Position numbers and translations under genes: made by a program
Assembly: GCA_039030475.1 (NCBI GenBank)
Contig: JBCCEC010000012.1
Location: forward strand, 2,744-66,743
Direction: 5' to 3'
DNA from: Bacteroidota bacterium
GTDB lineage: Bacteria > Bacteroidota > Bacteroidia > Flavobacteriales > Flavobacteriaceae
DNA length: 64,000 nt
In this document: in pieces, positions 41,382 to 50,784 of the stretch
Position numbering within the stretch: the stretch's first letter is position 1
How the letters are laid out: each line of letters starts with the position of its first letter
Notes under the pieces: model-generated
Database searches by the model: none
The model's input: the letters and a program-made list of their open reading frames with translations, nothing else
Told to the model about the DNA's origin: nothing

Positions 41382-42611
41382 CTACTTAATTTGAACGGCA
41401 GTTAGCTCACAAATCTTCACGATTACCTGTGTTGCTTTTTCCATGCTTTCCAAAGGTACATATTCGTATTTTCCATGAAAATTATGCCCTCCAGCAAATA
41501 TATTTGGACATGGTAGTCCCATAAAACTAAGTTGTGAACCATCGGTCCCCCCGCGTATTGGTTTAATAATAGGCTCTATCCCCAAAGCTTCCATGGCATC
41601 TTTGGCAATTTCTACGATATGGAACACCGGTTCTACCTTTTCGCGCATGTTTTTATACTGATCTTCTATGTTAAGTGTAATGAAGTCTCCGTATTTTTTT
41701 GTCAGCTTTAGGGCGATATCGTTCAATAATTCTTTTCTGGCCTCAAAGTGTTCTTTGTCATGATCTCTTATGATGAGCTCCATCGCTACTTTTTCAATCT
41801 CGCCCTTAATTTTATGAACATGAAAAAAACCTTCACGCTCCGTAGTGTGTTCGGGAACTTCATGAGGTGGGAGAAGACTTAAGAATTCATTGGCAATCCC
41901 AATAGCATTGACCATTTTGTTTTTCGCATAACCCGGGTGTACACTTTTGCCTTCAATCTTAATTTTTGCACTTGCGGCATTAAAGTTTTCAAATTCAAGT
42001 TCGCCAACTTGACTTCCATCAATGGTATATGCCCAGGCTGCGCCAAATTTTTCCACATCAAATTTATGTGCTCCTCTACCTATTTCCTCATCGGGCGTAA
42101 AAGCTATCCTAATTTTACCATGCTTTATTTCGGGATTTTTAACCAAGTGTTCCATAGCAGTGATAATTTCTGCTATGCCCGCCTTATCATCTGCGCCCAG
42201 TAATGTTGTTCCATCGGTAGTGATTAAGGTCTGACCTTGGTATAGCAGTAAATCTTCAAAATAATCTGGTGACAGCACAATATTCTTATCCTGATTAAGG
42301 ACAATATCTTTTCCATCATAATCCTTTATCAGTTGAGGCTGAACATTTTTACCCGTAAAATCTGGGGTGGTATCAAAATGCGAGATAAAACCAATAGTAG
42401 GTACTTTTTTTTCAATATTGCTTGGAAGCGTAGCCATGATATACGCATTCTCATCTATGGAGACTTCCTGCATTCCAATTTGATGGAGTTCTACCACTAA
42501 CTTTTTTGCCAAATCCCACTGTTTTTTGGTACTCGGTGTGGTTTTAGAGTTAGGGTCGCTTTGCGTGTCAATGGACACATATTCTAGAAATCGGGGTAGT
42601 AATTTTTCCAT
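41382..42611 (-). CDS. pepT: Peptidase T
   Basis: [32 protein letters not shown]. Confidence 0.96.
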   Translation of the reverse strand: MEKLLPRFLEYVSIDTQSDPNSKTTPSTKKQWDLAKKLVVELHQIGMQEVSIDENAYIMATLPSNIEKKVPTIGFISHFDTTPDFTGKNVQPQLIKDYDGKDIVLNQDKNIVLSPDYFEDLLLYQGQTLITTDGTTLLGADDKAGIAEIITAMEHLVKNPEIKHGKIRIAFTPDEEIGRGAHKFDVEKFGAAWAYTIDGSQVGELEFENFNAASAKIKIEGKSVHPGYAKNKMVNAIGIANEFLSLLPPHEVPEHTTEREGFFHVHKIKGEIEKVAMELIIRDHDKEHFEARKELLNDIALKLTKKYGDFITLNIEDQYKNMREKVEPVFHIVEIAKDAMEALGIEPIIKPIRGGTDGSQLSFMGLPCPNIFAGGHNFHGKYEYVPLESMEKATQVIVKICELTAVQIK

Positions 42612-42866
42612 AATGTGCGTTTCATCAAAAATAACGTTTATTCAATCGTGATTTTATGAAAAAACGAAGGCTAAAAAGTATCTTTCAAAGCTTTGAAAAA
42701 TTGACGGAGTTAAAACAATTTTTTTAGTAAAGAAACTGAACAAAATCATATAATACGATGCAACTAATTTGCATTTTTATACATATGCTGAAAACGGATT
42801 AACGAAAAACCGTTAATTCGATGAATTCTGTATGTAGAGTTTATATTTTTGTGGAAAATATGTAAG

Positions 42867-43910
42867 ATGTACAAAATTCTCATCCGTCCAATCCTGTTTT
42901 TATTTGATGCTGAAGCCGTACATCATTTTTCTTTTGGAGCCATAAAGTTCTTCTCAGGGTTGGGTTTGGGGAGGTTGTTCAGAAAAGCTTATGTGATTAA
43001 TGATCCTAAACTGGAGCGCGAGGTTTTTGGATTAACATTCAAAAATCCGGTTGGTCTCGCAGCTGGGTTTGATAAGGATGCCAAACTTTACAACGAACTG
43101 TCCGACTTGGGTTTTGGTTTTATAGAGATTGGCACTTTAACACCCAAACCACAAGATGGAAATCCAAAAAAACGCCTTTTTCGATTGATAAATGACGAGG
43201 CCATCATTAATCGTATGGGGTTCAACAACAAAGGAGTTTTTGAAGCAGTTGAGCAGTTAAAAAAGAAACATCGAGTGTTAATAGGTGGTAATATTGGTAA
43301 GAACAAAGCTACTTCCAATGAAAGCGCGATTAAGGATTACCTTATTTGTTTTGATGCACTTTTTGAGCATGTAGATTATTTTGTGGTGAATGTTAGCTCA
43401 CCAAATACACCTGGTCTAAGGGAACTGCAAGATAGAAAACCGCTTACGGAATTACTTAATAAACTAAAGCGACAAAACGGTAAACTCGCAGGAAAATATA
43501 ACGTAAAGGAAAAACCGATACTTTTAAAAATCGCACCTGATTTAACGGATGATCAATTATTGGATATTGTAGGGATAATGGCGCATACCGCTATTGATGG
43601 AATAATAGCGACCAACACAACAATTTCTAGAAAAGGTTTGACATCGGATTTGATCGTTGCGGAGGAAAAAGGTGGGCTAAGCGGAAAACCTTTGGCCAAA
43701 AGAAGCACAGAAGTCATTCGATTCTTATCTGAAAAAAGCAATAAAGCATTCCCCATAATTGGAGTGGGGGGAATCCACTCTCCCGAAGATGCTCTGGAAA
43801 AACTGGATGCAGGAGCAGATTTGATCCAATTGTATACAGGGTTTGTTTATGAAGGCCCTGCAATCGTAAAAAAAATTAATCAAGCCCTTTTAGAGCGAAC
43901 CGAATCTTAG
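42867..43910 (+). CDS. pyrD: Quinone-dependent dihydroorotate dehydrogenase
   Basis: [32 protein letters not shown]. Confidence 0.97.
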   Translation: MYKILIRPILFLFDAEAVHHFSFGAIKFFSGLGLGRLFRKAYVINDPKLEREVFGLTFKNPVGLAAGFDKDAKLYNELSDLGFGFIEIGTLTPKPQDGNPKKRLFRLINDEAIINRMGFNNKGVFEAVEQLKKKHRVLIGGNIGKNKATSNESAIKDYLICFDALFEHVDYFVVNVSSPNTPGLRELQDRKPLTELLNKLKRQNGKLAGKYNVKEKPILLKIAPDLTDDQLLDIVGIMAHTAIDGIIATNTTISRKGLTSDLIVAEEKGGLSGKPLAKRSTEVIRFLSEKSNKAFPIIGVGGIHSPEDALEKLDAGADLIQLYTGFVYEGPAIVKKINQALLERTES

Positions 43911-43916
43911 TACCCA

Positions 43917-44456
43917 ATGAGAAGATATTTTTTTAGTACTTTTTTTCTCCTGCTTACTGCTACAATAATATTGGCGCAAGACGGTAAAATCCCCAAAACC
44001 AATTTTACCAAAATGTATCTTCCGGTTTGGTTAGCGGCAAAAGAACACTGTCTTGAAGTCGCAAAAGCCATGCCCGAAGAACTTTATGGTTATAAACCAA
44101 CTCCACAAAGCAAGTCTTTTGCGGAGCAGATGGTACACATTGGCTACACCATCGAATTGTTGACCAAACGATATGTACAAGGTATGGAAGTAAAGCCAAG
44201 TACCCCAGATGCCACCGTAATGAGCAAGAAAGAAATTGTAGACTTGTTGGAAAAAGGATTTTCATATACCACGGAAGTCATTTATAGCATTGAACAATCT
44301 AAATTAGATGAAACCTGTGTTATGTACCATAGTGGCAATACGGTTAGTAGGGCTTTTGCATTGTTTTATGTGCAAGACCATCTGACCAATCATAGGGCCA
44401 AAGCCAATCTTTATTTGCGTATGAACAAAATCAAACCGCCCGAATACACGTGGTAG
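43917..44456 (+). CDS. Secreted DinB family protein
   Basis: Signal peptide; SFAEQMVH, DHLTNHRA. Confidence 0.85.
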   Translation: MRRYFFSTFFLLLTATIILAQDGKIPKTNFTKMYLPVWLAAKEHCLEVAKAMPEELYGYKPTPQSKSFAEQMVHIGYTIELLTKRYVQGMEVKPSTPDATVMSKKEIVDLLEKGFSYTTEVIYSIEQSKLDETCVMYHSGNTVSRAFALFYVQDHLTNHRAKANLYLRMNKIKPPEYTW

Positions 44457-44547
44457 GTTAGGGGCATACGTGATTTTGAATAACAGCTTTCTTCTTTTGC
44501 ACTAGCATTATTTTGTAATTTTCTAGACTAAACCTAGTATAGTACGT

Positions 44548-45165
44548 TTGAATTTAGATACACTCATACTTTTCACAATGGCATCATTTGCTTTGGCCAT
44601 TTCACCCGGACCTGATAACATATTTGTATTGACCCAAAGCGTATCAAATGGTGTAAAATCTGGGTTGGCTACGGTTGCTGGATTGGTAAGTGGATGTTTA
44701 GTGCATACCACATTGTTGGCATTCGGTGTTTCCGAAATAATTAAAAGAAGTGATGCACTATTTTTTGGTATAAAGTTATTTGGAGCTCTATATCTGTTGT
44801 ATTTGGCAGTGAGGGTTTATAAAAGTGATTCTTCTATTTTGTTGGATAAAAAGAAAACATCAAAAACAAACCTGTCCAAATTGTTCAAGAAAGGTTTTGC
44901 GATGAATGTCCTAAATCCAAAGGTCGCGATTTTCTTTTTGGCATTTTTCCCAGGTTTTCTGTTTAGCGAAAGCATGAATACGGTAATTCAATTCTATATA
45001 CTCGGATTACTATTCATGGTTTCGGTATGTATTGTTTTTGGTACTATCGCCGTTTTAGGAGGCACTATAGCAACCTATCTTTCAAAAAGCCCCAAAGCAG
45101 GGATTTACTTAAAATGGTTGCAGATTGTTGTTTTTGTGGGAATTGCCATTTATCTCTTTGTATAG
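44548..45165 (+). CDS. LysE/RhtB family exporter
   Basis: ISPGPDNIFV, NVLNPKVAIFF. Confidence 0.92.
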   Translation: MNLDTLILFTMASFALAISPGPDNIFVLTQSVSNGVKSGLATVAGLVSGCLVHTTLLAFGVSEIIKRSDALFFGIKLFGALYLLYLAVRVYKSDSSILLDKKKTSKTNLSKLFKKGFAMNVLNPKVAIFFLAFFPGFLFSESMNTVIQFYILGLLFMVSVCIVFGTIAVLGGTIATYLSKSPKAGIYLKWLQIVVFVGIAIYLFV

Positions 45166-45266
45166 TTTGGATGTTCCCATGTACTGGCCTATTTGTTGCT
45201 GTTCGACTTATCGGCTTTGAACTTTTACTTTGATTATACTTGTAGATTGTTGTTTGCAATCCATTT

Positions 45267-45566
45267 TCAATTGCTTAATTGTGATTCAATTTCCATTCGC
45301 TGGTGCAATATTCTAATGATTTCTACCATTTTCTTTTTTTGGTTGACTCTATAGAATACCAAATGTGATTTTATCCGGGAACACAAATATCCTTTTCTCA
45401 CGTTGCTATAATCTTTTCCGTATTCAGGATTTTTGGCGATGTACTCAATTTCATCCAAAATTAAATTAAGATATCTATCGGCCTGTTTGAGCGACCAATT
45501 CTCGACAGTGTAAAGCCAAATTTTTTCAAGATCTTCATTTGCCGCTTGGCTTATTTTATAAATCAT
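45267..45566 (-). CDS. parE: ParE family toxin
   Basis: YKISQAANEDLEKI, SHLVFY, IIRILHQRM. Confidence 0.92.
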   Translation of the reverse strand: MIYKISQAANEDLEKIWLYTVENWSLKQADRYLNLILDEIEYIAKNPEYGKDYSNVRKGYLCSRIKSHLVFYRVNQKKKMVEIIRILHQRMEIESQLSN

Positions 45567-45814
45567 TATTTGGAAAGATGTTTATTATGGAGGTACTCGA
45601 GAAACTGTGTTTTGTTAAAGTCTTCTACAAAACCTGATTGTTCTCCTTTTTTCAGCTCTTTGATAAGCTCAACTCTTTTAGATTCTTCATGCTCAAACAT
45701 TCTTAAAGCAGCCCTCACGACTTCGCTAGCTGATGAGTACTTTCCAGTCTTGATTTGCTGACTAATGAAATCATTAAAATAATCGCCCAATAAAATAGAT
45801 GTGTTCTTTGCCAT
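45566..45814 (-). CDS. parD: ParD1-type antitoxin
   Basis: NTSILLGDYF, GKYSSASEVVRAALR; 1-nt overlap with toxin gene. Confidence 0.92.
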   Translation of the reverse strand: MAKNTSILLGDYFNDFISQQIKTGKYSSASEVVRAALRMFEHEESKRVELIKELKKGEQSGFVEDFNKTQFLEYLHNKHLSK

Positions 45815-45830
45815 ACCGTATTGTTTATAT

Positions 45831-45852
45831 CAAAAATACCAACTTTTGGTAT
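45831..45852 (-). promoter_or_regulatory. parDE -7 box overlapped by 7-3-7 palindromic operator
   Basis: ATACCAA-ctt-TTGGTAT at 45836-45852; TATTTTTG on the minus strand at 45831-45838. Confidence 0.7.
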
Positions 45853-45933
45853 AGGTCCAAAATGAATTTTAAAACGTTCCATTGAAACCATTTGTAGCTA
45901 ACGTAGAAATAATGGTAATTTTACATTCAGTAT

Positions 45934-46797
45934 ATGTCAAAAATCAAACTTATAGAATGTCCAAGAGATGCCATGCAAGGCATAAAAACCTTTATTCCAA
46001 CCAGTGAAAAAGTAAGGTATATTCAATCTTTGTTGGGCTGTGGTTTTGATACGTTGGATTTTGGAAGCTTTGTTTCACCAAAAGCAATACCCCAGATGAT
46101 AGATACTTCGGAAGTTTTGGGACAATTGGACCTTTCCAAAACAAAAAGTAAGCTTTTGGCCATTGTTGCCAATGTAAGGGGAGCGAGTGATGCATGCCAA
46201 CACCCTCAAATTGATTACTTAGGCTACCCTTTCTCGATTTCGGAAAATTTTCAGATGCGTAACACGCATAAAACCATAGCACAGTCCGTAGAAACTTTAA
46301 AAGGTATTCTGGATTTGGCGCATGCTAACGATAAGGAAGTGGTGACTTATATCTCAATGGGTTTTGGAAATCCATATGGTGACCCGTGGAATGTTGAGAT
46401 TGTAGGGGAGTGGACAGAGAAGTTGGCAGACATGGGGGTGAAGATTCTATCACTTTCCGATACTATAGGAAGCTCTACCCCAGAGGTCATACAATATCTG
46501 TTTTCGAACCTAATTCCAAAATATCCGCATATCGAATTCGGCGCACATTTGCACACAACACCTACTAAATGGTATGAAAAGGTAGATGCGGCATACAAGG
46601 CGGGCTGTAGGCGTTTTGATGGTGCAATTCAAGGTTTTGGTGGGTGTCCCATGGCAAAAGATGAACTGACAGGGAATATGCCTACTGAAAAGATGCTTTC
46701 CTATTTCACTACCGAAAAAGCAAATTCTGGCGTAAACTGGATGGTTTTTGAGGCAGCCTATAATAAAGCTACAACATTGTTTTCTGCCTTTCACTAA
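45934..46797 (+). CDS. hmgL: Hydroxymethylglutaryl-CoA lyase
   Basis: ECPRDAMQG, SFVSPKAIPQM, LSDTIG, HLH, GGCPMA. Confidence 0.93.
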   Translation: MSKIKLIECPRDAMQGIKTFIPTSEKVRYIQSLLGCGFDTLDFGSFVSPKAIPQMIDTSEVLGQLDLSKTKSKLLAIVANVRGASDACQHPQIDYLGYPFSISENFQMRNTHKTIAQSVETLKGILDLAHANDKEVVTYISMGFGNPYGDPWNVEIVGEWTEKLADMGVKILSLSDTIGSSTPEVIQYLFSNLIPKYPHIEFGAHLHTTPTKWYEKVDAAYKAGCRRFDGAIQGFGGCPMAKDELTGNMPTEKMLSYFTTEKANSGVNWMVFEAAYNKATTLFSAFH

Positions 46798-46842
46798 ACG
46801 ATTTCCTTCTTTTTGTTTTTTAATTGAATTCGCAGTAAAAAT

Positions 46843-46865
46843 TTATTTAAATCAAGTCTAAATAA
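46843..46865. promoter_or_regulatory. Putative Fur box 1 (7-9-7)
   Basis: TTATTTA-aatcaagtc-TAAATAA, adjacent to the -33 box. Confidence 0.7.
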
Positions 46866-46866
46866 A

Positions 46867-46898
46867 TTTGTCACATTGATTTTCTAAAGATATATTTG
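46867..46898 (+). promoter_or_regulatory. Bacteroidota promoter of the DUF4856 operon
   Basis: TTTG 46867-46870, 20-nt spacer, TATATTTG 46891-46898. Confidence 0.8.
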
Positions 46899-46907
46899 CC
46901 TTCGAAA

Positions 46908-46930
46908 TTATTTTTAAATAATCTAAATAA
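46908..46930. promoter_or_regulatory. Putative Fur box 2
   Basis: TTATTTT-taaataatc-TAAATAA between promoter and ATG. Confidence 0.65.
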
Positions 46931-46938
46931 ACTATACA

Positions 46939-48165
46939 ATGCTTCTAAAAAGATTTTTCTTTTTTTCGTTTGCCGGTCTATTTCTTCTTTCTTGTTCTGA
47001 AGATGATGATTCAGATGACACGAGTCCAGATGAAATAACTATTGAAAACCCCGCGACCTACACATTCACAAGAAACGGGGAATCTACGGTCAGTTTTGGA
47101 GGTCAAACTACCAGAATTCAAATGGGTGAAGAGCTCAACGATAAGCTTTTGGATGAAACTGCTACCGAAGCTGTGTTGGATGCCATGTTTGCTCATGAAG
47201 AAGGGGAAAATAATTTTTCAAATCCGGATTTAAATGCATCTGATAAGAGCATTCGCAGTAAAACGGCGGCTTCAAACGATTTCTTTTCGGCCAATACAGC
47301 AGACCAGGGATTAATTAGGGCCGATTTTGAAGATTGGATAAAAAAACAAGTCGATGATGTTTTTACTAGATGGAATGATGCCGCTGCTGAAGGTGAAGCA
47401 GGTCAAATCGCAGATGGTTCCTCAACTAGATATGTGAGTGCTCAAGGGTTGGAGTACAATCAATTGGTCAACAAAGGCTTAATAGGTGCGTTGATGGTAG
47501 ATCAAGCACTTAACAATTATTTGGGAAAAGGAGTTCTTGATGCTGGAGAGAACATTGCCGAGAATGATGCAGGTACCGTTGAAGAAGGAAAAAACTATAC
47601 GACCATGGAACACAAATGGGATGAAGCGTATGGTTATGCTTATGGATTGAATGCAGATCCAGCCAATCCAAATGATGATTTGGGAGCGGATGATTTCTTG
47701 AATAAATATATAGGTAGGGTAGAAGGTGACTCAGATTTTACCGGAATCGCAGATGATATTTATCAAGCATTTAAGCTAGGTAGAGCAGCTATTGTTGCGA
47801 AAGACTATACAACGCGTGATGAGCAGGCCGAAATTATCAAAGGATTGATTTCAGAAGTTATTGGGATAAGAGCGGTTTACTATTTACAACAGGCAAAAAA
47901 TCTACTTGATCAAGAAAATCCTGATTTTGGTGGTGCTTTTCATGATTTATCCGAAGGCTATGGATTTATCTATAGTCTACAGTTTACAAGAAAGCCCAAT
48001 ACCGATGCACCCTATTTTACCAAAGCAGAGGTAGATGCATTTCTTGTTGATTTAATGGATGATGGAGTCAATGGTTTATGGAATGTATCCACTACGACCC
48101 TGGACGAAATTTCTGAAGCTATCGCATCAGAATTTGACTTCACTTTGGAACAAGCAGCGGAGTAA
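46939..48165 (+). CDS. DUF4856-like acidic lipoprotein
   Basis: Lipobox LLSC; acidic linker; MEHKWDEAYGY, FHDLSEGYGFIYSL. Confidence 0.85.
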   Translation: MLLKRFFFFSFAGLFLLSCSEDDDSDDTSPDEITIENPATYTFTRNGESTVSFGGQTTRIQMGEELNDKLLDETATEAVLDAMFAHEEGENNFSNPDLNASDKSIRSKTAASNDFFSANTADQGLIRADFEDWIKKQVDDVFTRWNDAAAEGEAGQIADGSSTRYVSAQGLEYNQLVNKGLIGALMVDQALNNYLGKGVLDAGENIAENDAGTVEEGKNYTTMEHKWDEAYGYAYGLNADPANPNDDLGADDFLNKYIGRVEGDSDFTGIADDIYQAFKLGRAAIVAKDYTTRDEQAEIIKGLISEVIGIRAVYYLQQAKNLLDQENPDFGGAFHDLSEGYGFIYSLQFTRKPNTDAPYFTKAEVDAFLVDLMDDGVNGLWNVSTTTLDEISEAIASEFDFTLEQAAE

Positions 48166-48200
48166 GTCTTGTTGTTAAGCGTTAATCTAACTTTTTAAGC

Positions 48201-48240
48201 AAAAGGAATGGATTTTACTAAGGTAAAATCCATTCCTTTT
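48201..48240 (+). terminator. 18-bp perfect intra-operon hairpin with U-tail
   Basis: AAAAGGAATGGATTTTAC-taag-GTAAAATCCATTCCTTTT. Confidence 0.75.
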
Positions 48241-48282
48241 ATTACTTTTGAACCTTTTACTTAGAATAAATAAAAACAAAAA

Positions 48283-49416
48283 ATGAAAAAATATTGGTAT
48301 TTTCTTTTTGCAGTTCCATTTCTTATTTGGGCGTGTTCTTCAGATTCCAATGACGGCGACGGTACTGGGGAGGATGAGGTTCCCGTTACATTCGATAGAA
48401 GCGCTATGTTGGTAAATTGGGCCGATAACATAATAGTCCCTGCGTACCAATCTTTTTCTGCCAAACTCACCACTTTGGAAGAATCGTACGAAAATTTTGC
48501 TTCGGATAGGAGTGTCGATAACTTAACTGCTTTTCGGGCTGCATGGTTAGACGCTTACACTGCATGGCAACAAGTCTCTTTGTTCGAAACAGGTCCCGCA
48601 GAAACTGTGGGGTATCGCCTGAACATGAATACGTATCCTACGGATATCGACTTGATAGAATCACATATTGCCGATGGTAATTATGACCTTTCTCTGCCAT
48701 CAAATAGAGATGCAAAAGGATTCCCTGCTTTAGATTACCTATTAAATGGATTGGAAACTGACGATGTTGCGTTGGTCAACAGATTGGCTAGTGGCACAGA
48801 AGCTGACGATACTTTAGCTTATGTCGATGCTGTGATTTCAGATATGAAATCTTTAACGGACGATGTTGTTGGACAATGGACAGGTGATTATCGCGATACT
48901 TTCGTAGAAAATGATGGTTCTTCATCAACCGCATCTGTAGATCGCTTTGTGAACGATTATATCTTCTACTACGAAAAGTTCCTTCGAGCTGGGAAAATGG
49001 GAATTCCCTTGGGCGTCTTCACAGGGGAAACCGCTCCTAACACAATTGAAGCCTTCTATAAAGCAGACATAAGCAATACACTTTTTTTAGAAGGTTTAAC
49101 CGCAGTACAGGATTTCTTTAATGGAAAGCATTTCAATTCATCAACAACTGGTGAAAGTTTGGCATCGTATCTTGCGGATTTAAATTCCGTAAAAGACGGT
49201 GATGATTTGTCAGAACTTATCAATAGCCAATTGAATACGGCCCGTACTGCAGTCTCAGGTTTGGATACTTTTAGAAGTGAAATTGAAAACAACGATACCC
49301 CTACCACTATGAATATGGCTTATGATGAGGTCCAACGAGCTGTCCCGCTCTTTAAGGTAGATATGGTATCGGCAATGAGTATCAGTATTGATTTTGTTGA
49401 TGCTGATGGAGATTAG
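48283..49416 (+). CDS. Imelysin-like (M75) lipoprotein
   Basis: Lipobox IWAC; NWADNIIVPAY, WLDAYTAWQ, KGFPALDYLL. Confidence 0.85.
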   Translation: MKKYWYFLFAVPFLIWACSSDSNDGDGTGEDEVPVTFDRSAMLVNWADNIIVPAYQSFSAKLTTLEESYENFASDRSVDNLTAFRAAWLDAYTAWQQVSLFETGPAETVGYRLNMNTYPTDIDLIESHIADGNYDLSLPSNRDAKGFPALDYLLNGLETDDVALVNRLASGTEADDTLAYVDAVISDMKSLTDDVVGQWTGDYRDTFVENDGSSSTASVDRFVNDYIFYYEKFLRAGKMGIPLGVFTGETAPNTIEAFYKADISNTLFLEGLTAVQDFFNGKHFNSSTTGESLASYLADLNSVKDGDDLSELINSQLNTARTAVSGLDTFRSEIENNDTPTTMNMAYDEVQRAVPLFKVDMVSAMSISIDFVDADGD

Positions 49417-50784
49417 ATGTCCTTATCCTTTTCCAAATATTTAAAAACAACTATAGAGGCCGCCCCTTTGGCGGTCTTTCGTATTCTTTTTGGTATCATG
49501 ATGCTGATCAGCATCATTCGTTTTTGGGCAAACGGCTGGATTGAAAAACTGTATTTGGAACCAAAATTTCACTTTTCCTATTATGGTTTCGAGTGGGTGA
49601 AACCTTTGGGCAATGCAACTTATTTAATCTTCGTTATTTGTGCCCTTGCATCAATCGGTGTAGCACTGGGGTATAAGTACCGACTGTCCATTTTGGTTTT
49701 TTTCCTTTCGTTTACGTATATCGAGTTAATGGATAAGACCACATACCTCAATCATTATTATTTTATTAGTGCGCTATCTTTTCTAATGATTTTTTTACCG
49801 GCAAACGTATACTATGCGCTCGATGCTAAAAAAAATCCTGAAAGCGCTTTTCAGTATATTCCCAAATGGACGGTTGATGCTTTAAAATTGATGTTGGGCA
49901 TCGTTTACTTTTACGCGGGATTGGCAAAGCTGAATTCTGATTGGTTGGTAAAAGCAATGCCTTTAAAGATTTGGCTGCCTTCCAAATTCGATGTTCCATT
50001 GATAGGGGAACTTATGGGAAAAGAGTGGGTGCATTATGCGTTTTGTTGGGGAGGTGCTGCGTATGACCTTGCAATTCCATTTCTTCTATTATATGCTAAA
50101 ACGCGGTACGTTGCCTTTTTCTTGGTGGTTGTATTTCATATATTGACACGGGTACTGTTTCCAATTGGAATGTTCCCATATATTATGATTGTTTCAGCCC
50201 TTATTTTTTTTGATGCGAGGTTTCATAATAACATATTGAAATACCTTTCACGATTGGTAAAAATCACTAAAAACAACTTCGATAACAACAAAACTTTAGC
50301 GTTTACTACCAGTCTTTCAAACCAGTTGCGATATATAGTAGTACTCTTGTTTTTTGCAATACAGCTTGCCTTTCCTTGGAGGTATCTTTTATATCCCGGA
50401 GAATTATTTTGGACAGAGGAGGGATATCGTTTTTCATGGAGGGTAATGTTGATGGAAAAATCGGGCTATGCCCAGTTTAAAATTGTTGATAAGGAAAACG
50501 GGAAATGGTTTTATGTTGACAATACCGATTTCATAACCTCTTTTCAAGAAAAACAAATGGCTTTTCAGCCAGATTTTATTGTGGAATATGCCCACTATTT
50601 AAAAAATCATTTTAAGGCACAAGGCCATAAGAATATTGGAGTTTACGTAGAGAGTTACGTAGCTCTTAACGGTAGATTGAGCCAACCGTTCATAGACCCC
50701 AAAACAGATTTGACCAAAGAACATGATTCATTTAAACATAAAACATGGATACTTCCATTTAGGGATGAGATCAAAGGTATTTAA
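49417..50784 (+). CDS. HTTM / vitamin-K-dependent gamma-carboxylase-like membrane protein
   Basis: LAVFRILFG, MDKTTYLNHYY (H113), YFYAGLAKLNSDW (K171), IGMFPY, FSWRVM, YVALNGR..FIDP. Confidence 0.88.
   Translation: MSLSFSKYLKTTIEAAPLAVFRILFGIMMLISIIRFWANGWIEKLYLEPKFHFSYYGFEWVKPLGNATYLIFVICALASIGVALGYKYRLSILVFFLSFTYIELMDKTTYLNHYYFISALSFLMIFLPANVYYALDAKKNPESAFQYIPKWTVDALKLMLGIVYFYAGLAKLNSDWLVKAMPLKIWLPSKFDVPLIGELMGKEWVHYAFCWGGAAYDLAIPFLLLYAKTRYVAFFLVVVFHILTRVLFPIGMFPYIMIVSALIFFDARFHNNILKYLSRLVKITKNNFDNNKTLAFTTSLSNQLRYIVVLLFFAIQLAFPWRYLLYPGELFWTEEGYRFSWRVMLMEKSGYAQFKIVDKENGKWFYVDNTDFITSFQEKQMAFQPDFIVEYAHYLKNHFKAQGHKNIGVYVESYVALNGRLSQPFIDPKTDLTKEHDSFKHKTWILPFRDEIKGI

Noticed and set aside
42656-42727. 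23-aa ORF in the pepT-pyrD gap
   Set aside because: Short, no motif or paralogue.
42867-43910. Functional link between quinone-reducing PyrD and the nearby carboxylase-like gene
   Set aside because: Separated by unrelated genes and promoters; proximity alone is not evidence.
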